DNA from: Octopus bimaculoides
Taxonomy: Eukaryota
Assembly (NCBI RefSeq): GCF_001194135.2
Contig: NC_069006.1
Span: 19,263,022-19,315,412 of the forward strand
DNA: 52,391 bases
Reading direction: 5' to 3'
Below, piece by piece: positions 11,791-23,820 of this stretch. The notes beneath the pieces are model-generated. The model ran no database searches and was not told where the DNA came from. It worked only from the letters and a program-made list of their open reading frames with translations. The position numbers were made by a program, and so were the translations under genes. Position 1 is the first letter of the stretch. Each line of letters begins with the position of its first letter.

Positions 11791-12684
11791 GTAGATATTT
11801 TCCCCAAAACTCTTTCCCCACCAATGTCCTGACCTCCTTACCATTTTGACAGTAGATTGTCAGAGAAATTTTTATATATCTATAAAGACATATTCATCCA
11901 ATGTTATTATCGAAATAACAGTTATATTTTGACAGTCTATTGTTATGACAACACATGTATCTCAGTGCATCACTGTAGGTGACACACCAGTTCACTCTTT
12001 ATATATAACACATTGCTGTACGTAGTGCTATAGTTACCCTTGTACATTGCTGTATATAGCTACATTGGTGAGCTAGATAACCTGCACTTGGGCTATATAT
12101 GGTACTCAGATATCATGGTGCTGTTCTCAGTTTTAAGGAGAGGAAAAGGCAATTTTTAGGAGAGAGGCTGAGATGATATTGATTCCAAATTTTGGCAGAA
12201 GGCCAGCAGTTTTGGGGAAGGGGGTAAGTCAATTACATCAACCCCAGTACTCAACTTATTTTATCGATCTGATGAAATGAAAGGCAAAGTTGACTTGAGC
12301 AGAATTTGAACTCAGAACATAAAGACGGATGTAACATCATTAAGCATTTTGTCCTGTGCTCTAACATTTCTGCCAGCTCACCACCTTAGAGGTATTGTTC
12401 TCTGGAACTCTCTACCAGTGTATTGTTTTCCTCTTTCTCTGATATTCGGTCCTTTAAGCTTTCTGTCAAATGGCATCTTTTGAATTTGTAGGTCCCTTTT
12501 TCCTCCTTTCTTTAGAGTCCCTCATGCTACAGAGGCCTTGAAACTAGTTCAGGACAACATCATTACCAAAAAAGCAAAAACCTCTCCATGGTCATTGCTC
12601 TGATGAATTTTCTAGTCTAGTACCCTCTGTCAAGGTCTTTAAACATGCCACCTGCTTCTCTTCCCAGGCGAATAGTTTCTTTAA

Positions 12685-12894
12685 CCCTTTAGCATTCAAA
12701 CTGGCCAAAATATTCTGCCTCTTTTATGTTCAAACTGGCCAGATCCAACATTTCCCACCTACTCTACAATGTTATAGTAAAAATAGACAATCACATCATT
12801 GAAATCTCAAAGCTATGAGATGATGTATGATTAATTCAAGAAAATGTAAATAGATAAGCATTAGATTTGACAGAGTAATCTGAATACTAAAGGG
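12685..12894. mobile_element. piggyBac-type MITE
   Basis: TTAA TSDs at 12681-12684 and 12895-12898; TIR ccctttagcattca / tgaatactaaaggg. A degenerate second copy lies at about 15680-15900. Confidence 0.8.
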
Positions 12895-14765
12895 TTAAGC
12901 TTTGTGCTTGTTATAATTTATTTTATTCCAATAACTTGAACTGCTTTTGTCTCAAACTCACTCCCATCATCTTGTTTTCCTATAGTCTGCGATATTCAGT
13001 CCTTTAAGCTTTTCTGTCAATTGACATATTTTGAATTTCTAAGCCCCTTCTTTCCCTTCTTTGTAGTCCCTTACACTGCAGTGGCCTCAAGCCTTGTTTG
13101 GGACAAAATAGTATAACAAAAAAAAAACAATGCTAATTGTAACTACAATAACAGACTAAATGTTTTAAATCTGTTGTTATATATAATACCCTGATACATT
13201 GCTGTATCCGTTAAGTACTGCATTGATAGCGGCGTTAATAATTAACATCAGTTATGAGAAAATCAACAAATCTTTATAAATCTGTCTTACTGAAACATTC
13301 CAACTATTACTCAATACAATTCTGCTTTAGACTCCTGTCGTTTACACCCTCTGTTATGGAAATATTTCACCTGTTGCTCAAAATTTATTCTACAATAAGG
13401 CAGTGAGCTGGCAAAATTGTCAGCACGCCAGGCGAAATGCTTAGTGGTATTTCATTTGTCTTTACATTCTGAGTTCAAATTCTGTTGAGGTCAACTTTGC
13501 CTTTCATCCTTCTGGGGTTAATAAAATTAGTACCAGTTAAACACTGAGGTCAATGTAATGGATTACCCTCTCCCTCAAAATTGCTGACCTTGTGCCAGAA
13601 TTNNNNNNNNNNTACTCCTCTCCTGAAATTGTTGACCTGGTGACAAAGTTTGATAGCAATGTTCAAGCAGTCAAGGTGGTGAGCTGGCAGAATTGTTAGC
13701 ATGCTAGGCAGAATGCTTAGCAGCATTTTGTCCTTTACATTCTGGGTTCAAATTCTGCTGAGGTCGACTTTGCCTTTCATCCTTCTGGGGTTAATAAAAT
13801 TAGTACCAGTTAAACACTGAGGTCAATGTAATGGATTACCCTCTCCCTCAAAATTGCTGACCTTGTGCCAGAATTGGAAAGTATTATTTATCCCATACTG
13901 ACCTCCTCTCATATTTTAAAATTTGTTATATTTCTCCTTAAAACCGACTCTGCTTCTCCTTAATATTAAACTCTGCTCATGTTGCAGCCTTAAAGATGAA
14001 AGCGATCTAGTGATGTCTCATCCAAATTCTAGTAGTTTGCAGCCTTTTCCCTCACTCAAAATCTTTTTGTGATAGCGACAAATGAACCCCATGCTCTTTT
14101 TTTCTATGTCAGGCATCAAGCTTGAGAAATTCTGGCATTTCATTAACTTCCTGATTTGTGGCTCATCAAAAACACCAGCTTATTATCTTATCATAATTTA
14201 ATCCAGGAATGTTTTACATATGAATTTGAAAGAGTTACCTTCCACATTAAGAGCTTTGACAAATCGCTGAACCCCTGCATTATTTCATGAAATAAATGTG
14301 AAAAGAAAGAAAATCGTAAAGAACATATTTATAGATCTCAGTTTGTCTAAATAGATATCTAAATACACAGATAAAATAACTATTCAACAGAAATGTTTAA
14401 CTATGATATCTTTTGTACATTTGTTGATAGTAAGAAGAGATTAACAATGTAGATTAAGATGACTGAGCATTTGAACACACAGTTGTTAGGAAACACACTT
14501 CTTCTCAGTAGACTACCAAAGCATCACAACCTCACTCACTGAATGCTCAACTGACTCTGAGACACTTACTGCTCATGTACTCTACATCGAGAAATTTCTG
14601 AAACATGGAGCTACGGGTGGGGCAAATATGGACCAGCCCATAGGAAAAAAAACTTGTTATGATAGAAAAAAACTATTGCTGTTTTTAAACTCAGTGACTC
14701 CAAATTACCCCAAAACAGGTCTGAAACTTAGAACAGAAGAAAAAAATGTTACAATTTGTTGACCA

Positions 14766-14805
<40 letters not shown>

Positions 14806-15024
14806 GGTGGTGAGCAATCGGAATTGTTAGCACGTCAGGCAAAATACTTAGCGGTATTTCACCTGTTGCGGTGTTCCGAGTTCAAATTCCGAGGTCAACT
14901 TTATCTTTCATCCTTTCGAGGTCAATAAATTAAGCACCAGTGAAACGCTGAGGTTGATGTAATCGACTATTACCCTCCACCCCCCGCCCCCAATATCAGG
15001 CCTTGTGACTTTAGTAGAAAGGAT

Positions 15025-15029
15025 TATTA

Positions 15030-15093
<64 letters not shown>

Positions 15094-15098
15094 CATTA

Positions 15099-15148
<50 letters not shown>
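15025..15148. repeat. (ATT)n / (ATC)n microsatellite at a SINE A tail
   Basis: Direct reading; similar arrays at 14768-14803, 17510-17565 and 17781-17875. Confidence 0.95.
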
Positions 15149-15149
<1 letters not shown>

Positions 15150-16193
15150 GCAATGCTACTTTGTCAGGGTTTGATGTTTAGATTCTTTTGTGTCCACATT
15201 TATGGAAACTGTAAAATCAAATCTGGCTTTTGTTTAACTCTTCTCTTGTCATAACATGTAACAGATGTCGCAAGTGAGAGGCATAAACTGTCATAACTAT
15301 CTTAAGTAGCGAAATGAATTTTTTTTATATGTTCACACAACATAAAATGCAGATAAACCGTAGGGGAACTACTACCATATATTTTTTATGTTTAAACTGA
15401 AATGGAAGTAGAGGAGAATGTGGGGAGAGTAGGGAGAGAAAGAGTTAGATGAGTGGATAGAGGGAGAGTATGTAGAGGGGAGAGTGTGTAGAGGGAGAAC
15501 GAGATTAAATTAGGAACTGAAAGTATGTCAGATATAATATCAAACTATGCAGCTTAGTTTAACTGTGAGGTCAGTGTGATACAACATTGCTTTACCTTCC
15601 ATTGTACACATGTCTATACTGTGTAGGTAATAAAAAACACTATGTTTTGTAGATTACTTGAAGCCATATATTATGACTTACCTGTTAAGCATTTAAACTG
15701 GCCAGATCCGGCCAAAATAGTCTTCCTGTTTTATGTTCAAACTGGCCTGATCCAGCCTCTCACACCTACCCCACAATGTTAGTCTAAAAGATATACAGTC
15801 ACTCAATCAACATCTCAAAGCTACAAGATAATGCAGGATAATTTCAAAACGATGTGAATAAATACATTTGATAGAATAATCTGAATGTTAAAGCATTAAA
15901 TATATGAAAAGGGGAGACCCAGGAAGACATTGTAACACCAAAGATGAACAGAAGACAAGGATTATGACAGCATTCACCAACTTAAACAAGAAGACTGTCC
16001 AGAAGAGTCACAGGAGATTCTCAAGTCGTCTGGAGGCCACAGTTGAAGCCAATGGTGATTTTATTAGATAAACTTACTCTTTAGTATTTCAATATATTTT
16101 TATGTAATTTTGGTAAATATATCTATTAAAATGAGATGTCAGTGTTATTTTCATTTTTGCGTAATTTAGCCAACAATTTATTCACCACACCTT

Positions 16194-16233
<40 letters not shown>

Positions 16234-16368
16234 AAATGTGTCTGTGTGGTAAGAAGCTTGCTTCCCAACCACATGGTTCCAGGTTCAGCCCCACTGTGTG
16301 GTACCTTGGGTAAGTGTTTTCTACAATAACCTCAGGCTGAGTTGATTTGGTAGACAGAAACTGAAAGG

Positions 16369-16800
16369 CTGATACACCCTCCAACCTTCATCAGGTGTGT
16401 TGGGGAAATTATGAACCTGGGTTCTCATTCCTAAGGTAGTTTTCGATGTTGTTATTATTATTATTATTTTTTTAAAAATTATTATTTAGGTCACTGCCTG
16501 CAATCAAACTCGGAATCTTGGGGTTAGTAGCTCGCACTCTTAACCAGTGGTTAAGAGCACAGGCTACTAACCCCAAGATTCCAAGTTCGATTCCAGATAG
16601 TGATCTGAATAATAATGATAATAATAATAATAATAATAATGATGATGATGATGATAACATCGGAAAATACCTTAGGAATGAGAACCCAGGTTCAAAATTT
16701 CCTCAAGACATGTGATGAAGGCTGGAGGGTATATCAGCTGAAATGTGTTAACAACGAACAAGATGAAGACAAATATCCGTCAAATGTAAATAATGTACAT
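16369..16800. mobile_element. Head-to-head inverted pair of SINE family E (minus copy 16369-16546, plus copy 16548-16800)
   Basis: Junction ctcttaacca-g-tggttaagag is a perfect palindrome centred at 16547. The arms stay complementary out to about 16369/16739. Confidence 0.85.
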
Positions 16801-16864
16801 AATTCCTCATCTTTTAAATATAGAACTATATTATATTTAATGTTTTCTTGTTGTTTTTGGTTAG

Positions 16865-17083
16865 ATCCAAGGAAAATCCAAGAAGCCAACTTCTCCCGAG
16901 TCTGTGACGTCAGCAAGAAATGCCAGTCCCTCCACCACATTTGGATCATCCAACTACACAATGAACGGAACCGGTGGGTCTCTCACTTCAGTCACACCTC
17001 GCTCGTTTGACTACACCACTTCTATGGGTAACCATAGCAACCAATCATTTGCACATCCCAAGAATGTATTGGTTAGTTTTGAG
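16865..17083 (+). CDS. Hil: Hillarin-like gene, first identifiable coding exon (Ser/Thr-rich: IQGKSKKPTSPESVTSARN...HPKNVLVSFE)
   Basis: Pyrimidine-rich acceptor ...ttggttag|ATC, stop-free frame, donor GAG|gtacgt in phase 0 matching the next exon. An alternative in-frame donor TTG|gttagt lies at 17071. Low complexity, so homology is not recognisable. Confidence 0.65.
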
Positions 17084-17506
17084 GTACGTTTATTCTTACT
17101 GTCCATATTTATCACACATATAGTATATGATACTCTCCACACTTGCATATTATTTCACGAGCAGGCTCTTCCATTGATCGGATCAACTGGAACCCTTGTC
17201 GTAACTGACGGAGTGCCACAGCAATATAATATATTGTAGAAGTTATATATGACATGCTGTGTTGATTGTGCATTAAATTCACTGATACCTGAAATTCATC
17301 AGTCCTATTTATGATGTATCTATGCACCTTTTCCTCTTTATATTTCTTTTACTTTTCTCTTTTCTCTCTTTGTTTTATTCAGTGTATAGCACATGTACTT
17401 TTGCCTACTATTCCTACCATTCTTTACTTGACTTATTGTTGAATTCTGTCCCCTCTTTTACCCTTTTAAGATGTTGTGGTGTGTGTCTGGCACTCTATAC
17501 AATAAG

Positions 17507-17553
<47 letters not shown>

Positions 17554-17779
17554 CATCATCATCATGGTGGTGAGCTGGCAGAAATGTTAACACTCTGGGT
17601 GAAATGCTTAGCGGTATTTCGTCTGTCTTTACGTTCTGAGTTCAAATTCCACCGAGGTCAACTTCGCCTTTCATCCTTTCGGGGTCGATAAATTAAGTAC
17701 CAGTTGTATACTGAGGTTGATCTAATCGACTGGCCCCCTTCCCCTAAAAATTTCAGGCCTTGTGCCTAGAGTAGGAAAG

Positions 17780-17818
<39 letters not shown>

Positions 17819-17819
17819 T

Positions 17820-17858
<39 letters not shown>

Positions 17859-18052
17859 TATTATTATTATTATTAATATGGCAAGCTAGTAGAATTGTTA
17901 ACATGTCAGACAAATTGCTGAGCAGCATTTTGTTTGTTTTTACATTGTGAGTTCAAATTCTGCCCAGGTCAACTTTGCCCTTCATCGGGGTCAAATACTG
18001 GGAGCAGTGTAAATGCCTATATATAATGATTGTTTAATGATCTGTATTTCAG

Positions 18053-18433
18053 GACTTTGAACGTAGTGGTGTGTTTGAAGCCCAGGTACATCTTGAACAA
18101 AGACACAGAGAAGAAGAAGAACGGCTGCAACGATTCCTTTCTGAAGAACGGGAAAAGGAAATGCGAAAACTTGATGATTCCATCCATGGAGAGAAAGAGC
18201 TTGCTGCTGCTGAACTTTTGTCAAACATTGATCAACTCTCTTTGCAGCACTCTGCCGCTGGTTCTTCTTTAGATCTGGTCCATGAGAGACAACGGATTGA
18301 GGAGCATTTTCGACGGGTCAGAGAGGAACGTCTGAAGAATGTCACTGAGAGATTAGCCAGTGACGAGAAGATGAGGACATCAAAGATGGTGGAGAGACAG
18401 GGTCAAGAAATGATGTTGTTGATTGCTGAGAAA
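18053..18433 (+). CDS. Hil: Hillarin-like exon 2, coiled-coil region (DFERSGVFEAQVHLEQRHREEEERL...QGQEMMLLIAEK)
   Basis: tttcag|GAC ... AAA|gtaagt, 381 nt, phase 0-0. The E/R/K-rich helix resembles the pre-transglutaminase coiled coil of Drosophila Hillarin as I recall it (LE.+HR.EE...L...F; +V+RQ..EM+.LI). Confidence 0.92.
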
Positions 18434-18945
18434 GTAAGTTCCACATCTATGGTTTGTTGCTGTTGCCATTTAGCTCTGAGTCAACCCTATTACTGAAACC
18501 AATAAAGAAAAAATAAATGGGCCCGGTTTCTTGGTTTCTATGGCGCATGTATTCCACAGCTGTACGGGACGCCAGTCCATCGCAGTATTACTCATTTTTG
18601 CCAGCTGAGTGAACTGGAGCAACATGAAATGAAGTGTTTTGCTCAAGAACACAACGTGTCGCCCGGTACAGGAATCGAAACCACAATCTTACAATCATGG
18701 TGCTGACACCCTAACCACTAAGCCACGCGCCTCCACTTCCTGAAACCAATGCTTAAAGATATTCCAAATGTGGTTCTCTTGTCCGTCCTTCAGTAGTGTA
18801 ACTCTTATGATACGCACTTACAAAATACAGTCTTAGCAAGCTTGGTATAAAAAAAACCTGAAATGAAAATTTTTCCGAAACAAAATCCCCTTCTGGTGGG
18901 CATGGGATTAGGTTGTTATCTCATAATGTTGCCTCTATATTCTAG

Positions 18946-19077
18946 GACAGAGAATTTGACAAGAATGCATTGTTTGACCATTCCACAAGACCACCAATTC
19001 TTCCTCCTTCATGTAAGAAAGTCCAGCTCTATCGGTCACCAACTGTCTTTCGACAACTGGATGAACGTGCTATTGAG
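18946..19077 (+). CDS. Hil: Hillarin-like exon 3 (DREFDKNALFDHSTRPPILPPSCKKVQLYRSPTVFRQLDERAIE)
   Basis: tctag|GAC ... GAG|gtcagt, 132 nt, phase 0-0. Contains the RPP..P...K..+Y..P..F..+D..AI motif of hillarin/KY-family proteins. Confidence 0.9.
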
Positions 19078-19393
19078 GTCAGTATATCTTTAATATATTT
19101 ATTGTGTTAAGGTGGCGAGCTGGCAGAAACGTCAGTATGCTGGGCGAAATGCTTAGCGGTGTTTTGTCTGTCTTTATGTTCTGAGTTCAAATTCCATCGA
19201 CTTTGCCTTTCATCCTTTTGAGGTCGATAAATTAAGTACCAGTTGCGTGCTGGAGTCAATTGAATCGACTGGTCCCCTCCCCCAAAATTTCTGGCCTTGT
19301 GCTTAGAGTAGAAAAGAATATATTTATTGTGTGTGAGTATGTTTGCATGTGTGTATGTGTGTGTGTATACGTGTATCTCTCTCCCCCTCTCTA

Positions 19394-19426
<33 letters not shown>

Positions 19427-20016
19427 NNNNNNNNNNNNNATATATATATATATATATATATAGACGTCACTAAAGTGACTAAGTGTGCTACTTAGCACCA
19501 CCGTTTCTAGAAATAAGAGTCAAAATAACTCCTAGCCATGATAAAGCACTTATCTTAAGACTATCAAAGGAGGCAAGCTCCCTACAACATCTGGAGCATA
19601 GCTGGCTCTCACCCGGCCTAGGGTTAAACTGGCTCACCTTGTCAGTTTATAAGAGTTACTGTAGAAATCTCACGCTGATTTCATAAAAGGTAAAAGTGAA
19701 AATTATAAATCATGAAGTGGCTTATTCACAAATTTACAACCGAGAGGCAAAACTATAGACATCACTAAAGTGTAATAGGGTACTAGTTAGCACCAGCTTA
19801 CATATATATATATGAATATATATAAATATGTATGTGTGTGTGTGTGTGTGTGCAGGCATGGCTGTGTGGTAAGAAGTTTGCTTCGCAACTACTTGAAGCT
19901 TGATTCTGTCCCACTGCGTAGCACCTTGGGCAAGTGTCTTTTACTATAGCCTTGAACCAACCAAAGCCTTGTGAGTGGATTTGGTAGATGGAAACTGAAA
20001 CCAGCCCATCTTATGG

Positions 20017-20058
<42 letters not shown>

Positions 20059-20671
20059 ATGTGTGTGTGCCTCTATGTCTTGTCCCCTACCACTGCTTGA
20101 CAACTGGTGTCGGTGTGTTTATGGCCTTGTAACTTAGTGGTTTGGCAATAGAGAATGATAGAATAAATATCAAGTTTACAAAAGTACTGGGGTTGATTTG
20201 TTTGACTAAAATTCCTCAAGGCAGTACTGCAGCGTAACCACAGTCTAATGATTGAAGCAATTAAAAAATAAATGATACACACACACACACACATAACTCC
20301 TGTATGTTTTATGTTTCATATAAATATTGGGGTGAAAGACCCTTTTGATAGAAAAATTCGCATGATGAGCCTCTTTCAGTTTCCACCAACCACATCCACT
20401 CACAAGGCTTTGGTTAATCCAGGGTTACATTACAAGAAGACATTTACTTATGGTGCCATGCACTAGGACTGAATATGGAACCATGTGGTTGGGAAGCAAA
20501 CTCTCTCCTTACCAAATATCCACACATGTTCCTCCTATACATCATGTTCAAAGATACCAGCTCATCTTTTGAATATTATCACTGAATACTCTGTGAGTTA
20601 GACGTTTATAACGCAGTGACATGTTGTGTCTCTCTCTGTATGTAATGTCATTTTCCTTTTCTATTCTACAG

Positions 20672-20754
20672 CTTGCAAATCGGGAATATAACAATTTCAC
20701 TGATCTTGTGCGTGACCTTACAAGATATTGCAATACAGAATTGGAAAAAGTCAG
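20672..20754 (+). CDS. Hil: Hillarin-like exon 4 (LANREYNNFTDLVRDLTRYCNTELEKVR)
   Basis: ctacag|CTT ... AG|gtaatt, 83 nt, phase 0-2. Contains the FTDLVR.L...C..++EK.R motif. Confidence 0.92.
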
Positions 20755-21029
20755 GTAATTTCCTTATTGTAACATCTCAAAATTTCATCTCAATAAATAA
20801 ATAAATAAAAGATCTCGGTCAGAATTTTTAATCATCATCATCATCATTTAACATCAGTTTTCAATGCTGGCATGGGTCGGATGGTTTGACAGGAGCTGGC
20901 AAGGTCAGGAGCCACACCAGGATCCATAGTCTGTTTCGATATGTTTTCTATGGTTGGATGCCTGTCTTAGCACCACCAACCACTTTACAGTGAGTCCTGG
21001 GTTCTTTTTACATGGTACCAGCACCAGTG

Positions 21030-21540
21030 CTTTTTATGTGGCACCATCACCAAATGAAGTACCTACCTTGTTGTCCTCAAACACCACCAACCACTTATCT
21101 CCAGAATTCCCAGCCCTGTATTGCTCTTCAGAGCCTGCCATGAGTTGGTCAATAAATGTCCTAGAAGGACGACCCCTAGGTTTTTCCCTATGCATTGGTT
21201 CCCATATCACCATTTGACTCACTACTTCATCCTTTCAATGAAAGAAATAACCAAAAAATTATGAATCTCTCAGCTTCAGGGCTACAACATGCATGCACCA
21301 AGAGACATCCTGCTGCACGCTTCAGCCTCTCATCGCTACAGATTATGCTGTGACTCTACCTCCTGGCTTAGCAGATGAAAAGAAAGAAATCTGAAACTTT
21401 AGTCGTCCAGTATTGGTCCAGTACTCTATGGCTTTGTCTAATGTCCAGCAAGCAATTAATAGGTAACACAAGGTAGAACCAACTTCATTGATAACAGTAG
21501 CTCGCAGTGGTAAATTCAAATCTTGTTGCAACTGTTTTAG
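21030..21540 (-). mobile_element. Degenerate RTE/RTE-X LINE ORF2 C-terminal fragment in intron 4
   Basis: Minus frames give LRATVINE...ACWTLDKAIE and SQMVIWEPMHREKPRGRPSRTFIDQL, resembling the RTE-X motifs LFRATVESIL...WTLT and LILWEP.HG...RGRP..T+IDQL; frameshifted. Confidence 0.7.
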
Positions 21541-21916
21541 GTACCTTCACATTTAGGCTTCCTTGCAGTCAAGTACGCTCACGTCTCTCTCTCTCTCCCT
21601 GCTTCCTCTTATTACAACCAATATTATTTTAAACTATACACACACACACATACACACACTAACACACAGATGAAATATCAGAGTTATTCCCCCTTCACTT
21701 TATTTCTTTGTCTGTCTCATCAGTATTCATCACTTCTGTGCTAACCTCAGTTGAGTATTGATTAGAAAATATTTAGATTACCTGCTTATATACTCTCTTT
21801 TACTTGTTTCAGTCATTTGACTGCGGCCATGCTGGAGCACCGCGTAGTAATGTATGTGCATGTATGTACATAACATACACACACACACACATATATATTT
21901 ATGCATTTATACTGCA

Positions 21917-21961
<45 letters not shown>

Positions 21962-22406
21962 NNNNNNNNNNNNNNNNNNNNNNNNNNNNNNNNNNNNNNN
22001 NNNNNNNNNNNNTATATAGTAAACCCCCCCCCCAACTTAAGCCAGGAGCTAGAGCTGCAAACGCCTAATTTTTGAAATCAGTTGTATATTTAGCAGTGCA
22101 GATCATGATGTGTTAAAATTAGTTAACCACCTTACAGTGGCCAGTCTAGAGTCTAGATTGTTTCAAAGTGAAAACAAAAATATATATTAGAAATATAATA
22201 TTTCTAAATCTCTCAGAGAGATTTAAGCAGTAGTGGAGTGACAAAGTTGTAGTATATTGTCAATATATATATTTCATGTTACGCTAGACAGCAGTGCATG
22301 GTATCAAAATTTTCAACTTGAGTCAAATTAACAAATTACTCCAAATCATTGTCACAGTATCTGCTTAAGTAGAAATTGGGTCCAGCTAGTGTGTACTGAC
22401 ATCAAG

Positions 22407-22672
22407 TCGTACAGTCCAGACCTTGCTTCCTGTGACTTTTGATTGTTTCTCAAGCTGAACAAAAATTTCAAGGGAATTTGTTTTGAAGATGAAGGAGTCT
22501 GTGGTCAAAGGTCCAGGTCACATTCACTTCGATGGGAGGGCTTTCATGAAGTGTCTGGAGTGCTACAGTAAGTGTATTGAAGTCAAAGGATCCTATTTTG
22601 AAGGAGATTAGAGTTTCATATTTCTATGAAATTAATAAATGTCTCCTGAAAAAGTCTGAAAACTTCTGCAAA
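22407..22672 (+). mobile_element. Mariner transposase C-terminal remnant
   Basis: Reads SYSPDLASCDF* (YSPDL motif) and KCIEVKGSYFEGD*, with stops and frameshifts in between. Confidence 0.85.
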
Positions 22673-22804
22673 GCATTTTGTATGTATGTTTAATGTGAAA
22701 ATATGAAAGATTCTATCATTTTTCATGTGTTACACATATTTCTCTTTCTCATTAATTTTGAATATTTTTTTTTTTAATAAACTTTCTTCCTTGTTGTGTT
22801 TCAG

Positions 22805-22948
22805 GGTTCTATTTCGCTGGGTGATAGCCAAAGATCTCAACCGAAATGCTGTCAAACAGATCTTACATCCAAATTCTTCTCTATCCTTGCTAAAAGGCGT
22901 GAAAAGTGGTAAAGAGAGTTATCATCAACTGTTTAAAAAACTTTGTAG
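22805..22948 (+). CDS. Hil: Hillarin-like exon 5, start of transglutaminase-like core (VLFRWVIAKDLN...GKESYHQLFKKLCS)
   Basis: tttcag|G ... AG|gttagt, 144 nt, phase 2-2. Matches the hillarin +FRW+..K.LN...LL+G+K.G.ESYH.LFK+LCS motif. Confidence 0.95.
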
Positions 22949-23221
22949 GTTAGTCTTGTCTTTTTTTTGCCTTCAATTTTAAAGGGGCTTTTCCCCCCCT
23001 TAATCCTTTTACTGCAGATGTCAGATATATCCACTCAAAATTTTTGCAGAAAGTAGTTTTATATACCAATCTATCTGTTGTTAAGGAATGTCATGTTTGA
23101 CACTATTTTCTGTTGAGATATGTCAAGTTTATCAAGGCAATGTGACTTGCTATTTACCAGACTTCTCTAAATTTGTTAATCAAGATAATACTGGATATAT
23201 ATATATATATATACATACATA

Positions 23222-23326
<105 letters not shown>

Positions 23327-23630
23327 CATACATACACACACCCACACACTCACAAAAACACACACATATGACATCCATCAGTTTTGCAGACTATGAAAAA
23401 CTTTTCTTGGGGAGGATGAAGTCTAATCTTTAACCTGAAATCTTGCCATTGATACATATTTATATGTATGAATGTGTGTGTGTGTGTCTGCTCGTCCATC
23501 CTTATAATGCCCAGTTGAAACCACCAGGAGGCCAGTATTTCTACTGGTATAATAATATAATGTATTTAATCCATGTTTGAAATTATAACTTTAAAGCTTT
23601 GTTTCTCTATTTTTCTGTATTTCTCATTAG

Positions 23631-23820
23631 CTTTGCTGGACTTAACTGTGAAATTATCATCGGATATTCTAAAGGAGCTGGCTACAAACCAGGAATGCGT
23701 ATCGATGGTAATGCATTCCGAAACTCATGGACAGCTGTGGCTATTGATGGGTCTTGGAGATTTATAAACTGTACATGGGCTGCTAGACATATCTCTGGTC
23801 ACAAAGATGACCTACCTCAG
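23631..23820 (+). CDS. Hil: Hillarin-like exon 6, transglutaminase-like core (FAGLNCEIIIGYSKGAGYKPG...RNSWTAVAIDGSWRFINCTWAARH...DLPQ)
   Basis: cattag|C ... CAG|gtaata, 190 nt, phase 2-0. Contains AGL.C.+I.GYSK.AGY.PG, RNSW.AV and W+F+.C.W.ARH motifs. Confidence 0.95.

Noticed and set aside
12420-13110. Two similar 140-bp segments about 550 bp apart (ttgttttcct...cctttaagctttctgtcaa...)
   Set aside because: They look like independent decayed LINE 3'-end fragments rather than a functional duplication.
13480-13880. Identical SINE A 3' halves on both sides of the 10-N gap at 13603-13612
   Set aside because: Exact identity around a small gap is most simply an unmerged or mis-joined contig overlap, not gene conversion.
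14628-14718. ATG-initiated frame MDQPIGKK...PKT|gtctga as a first coding exon
   Set aside because: The donor is weak and phase 1, incompatible with the first AG acceptor (phase 0) at 16865.
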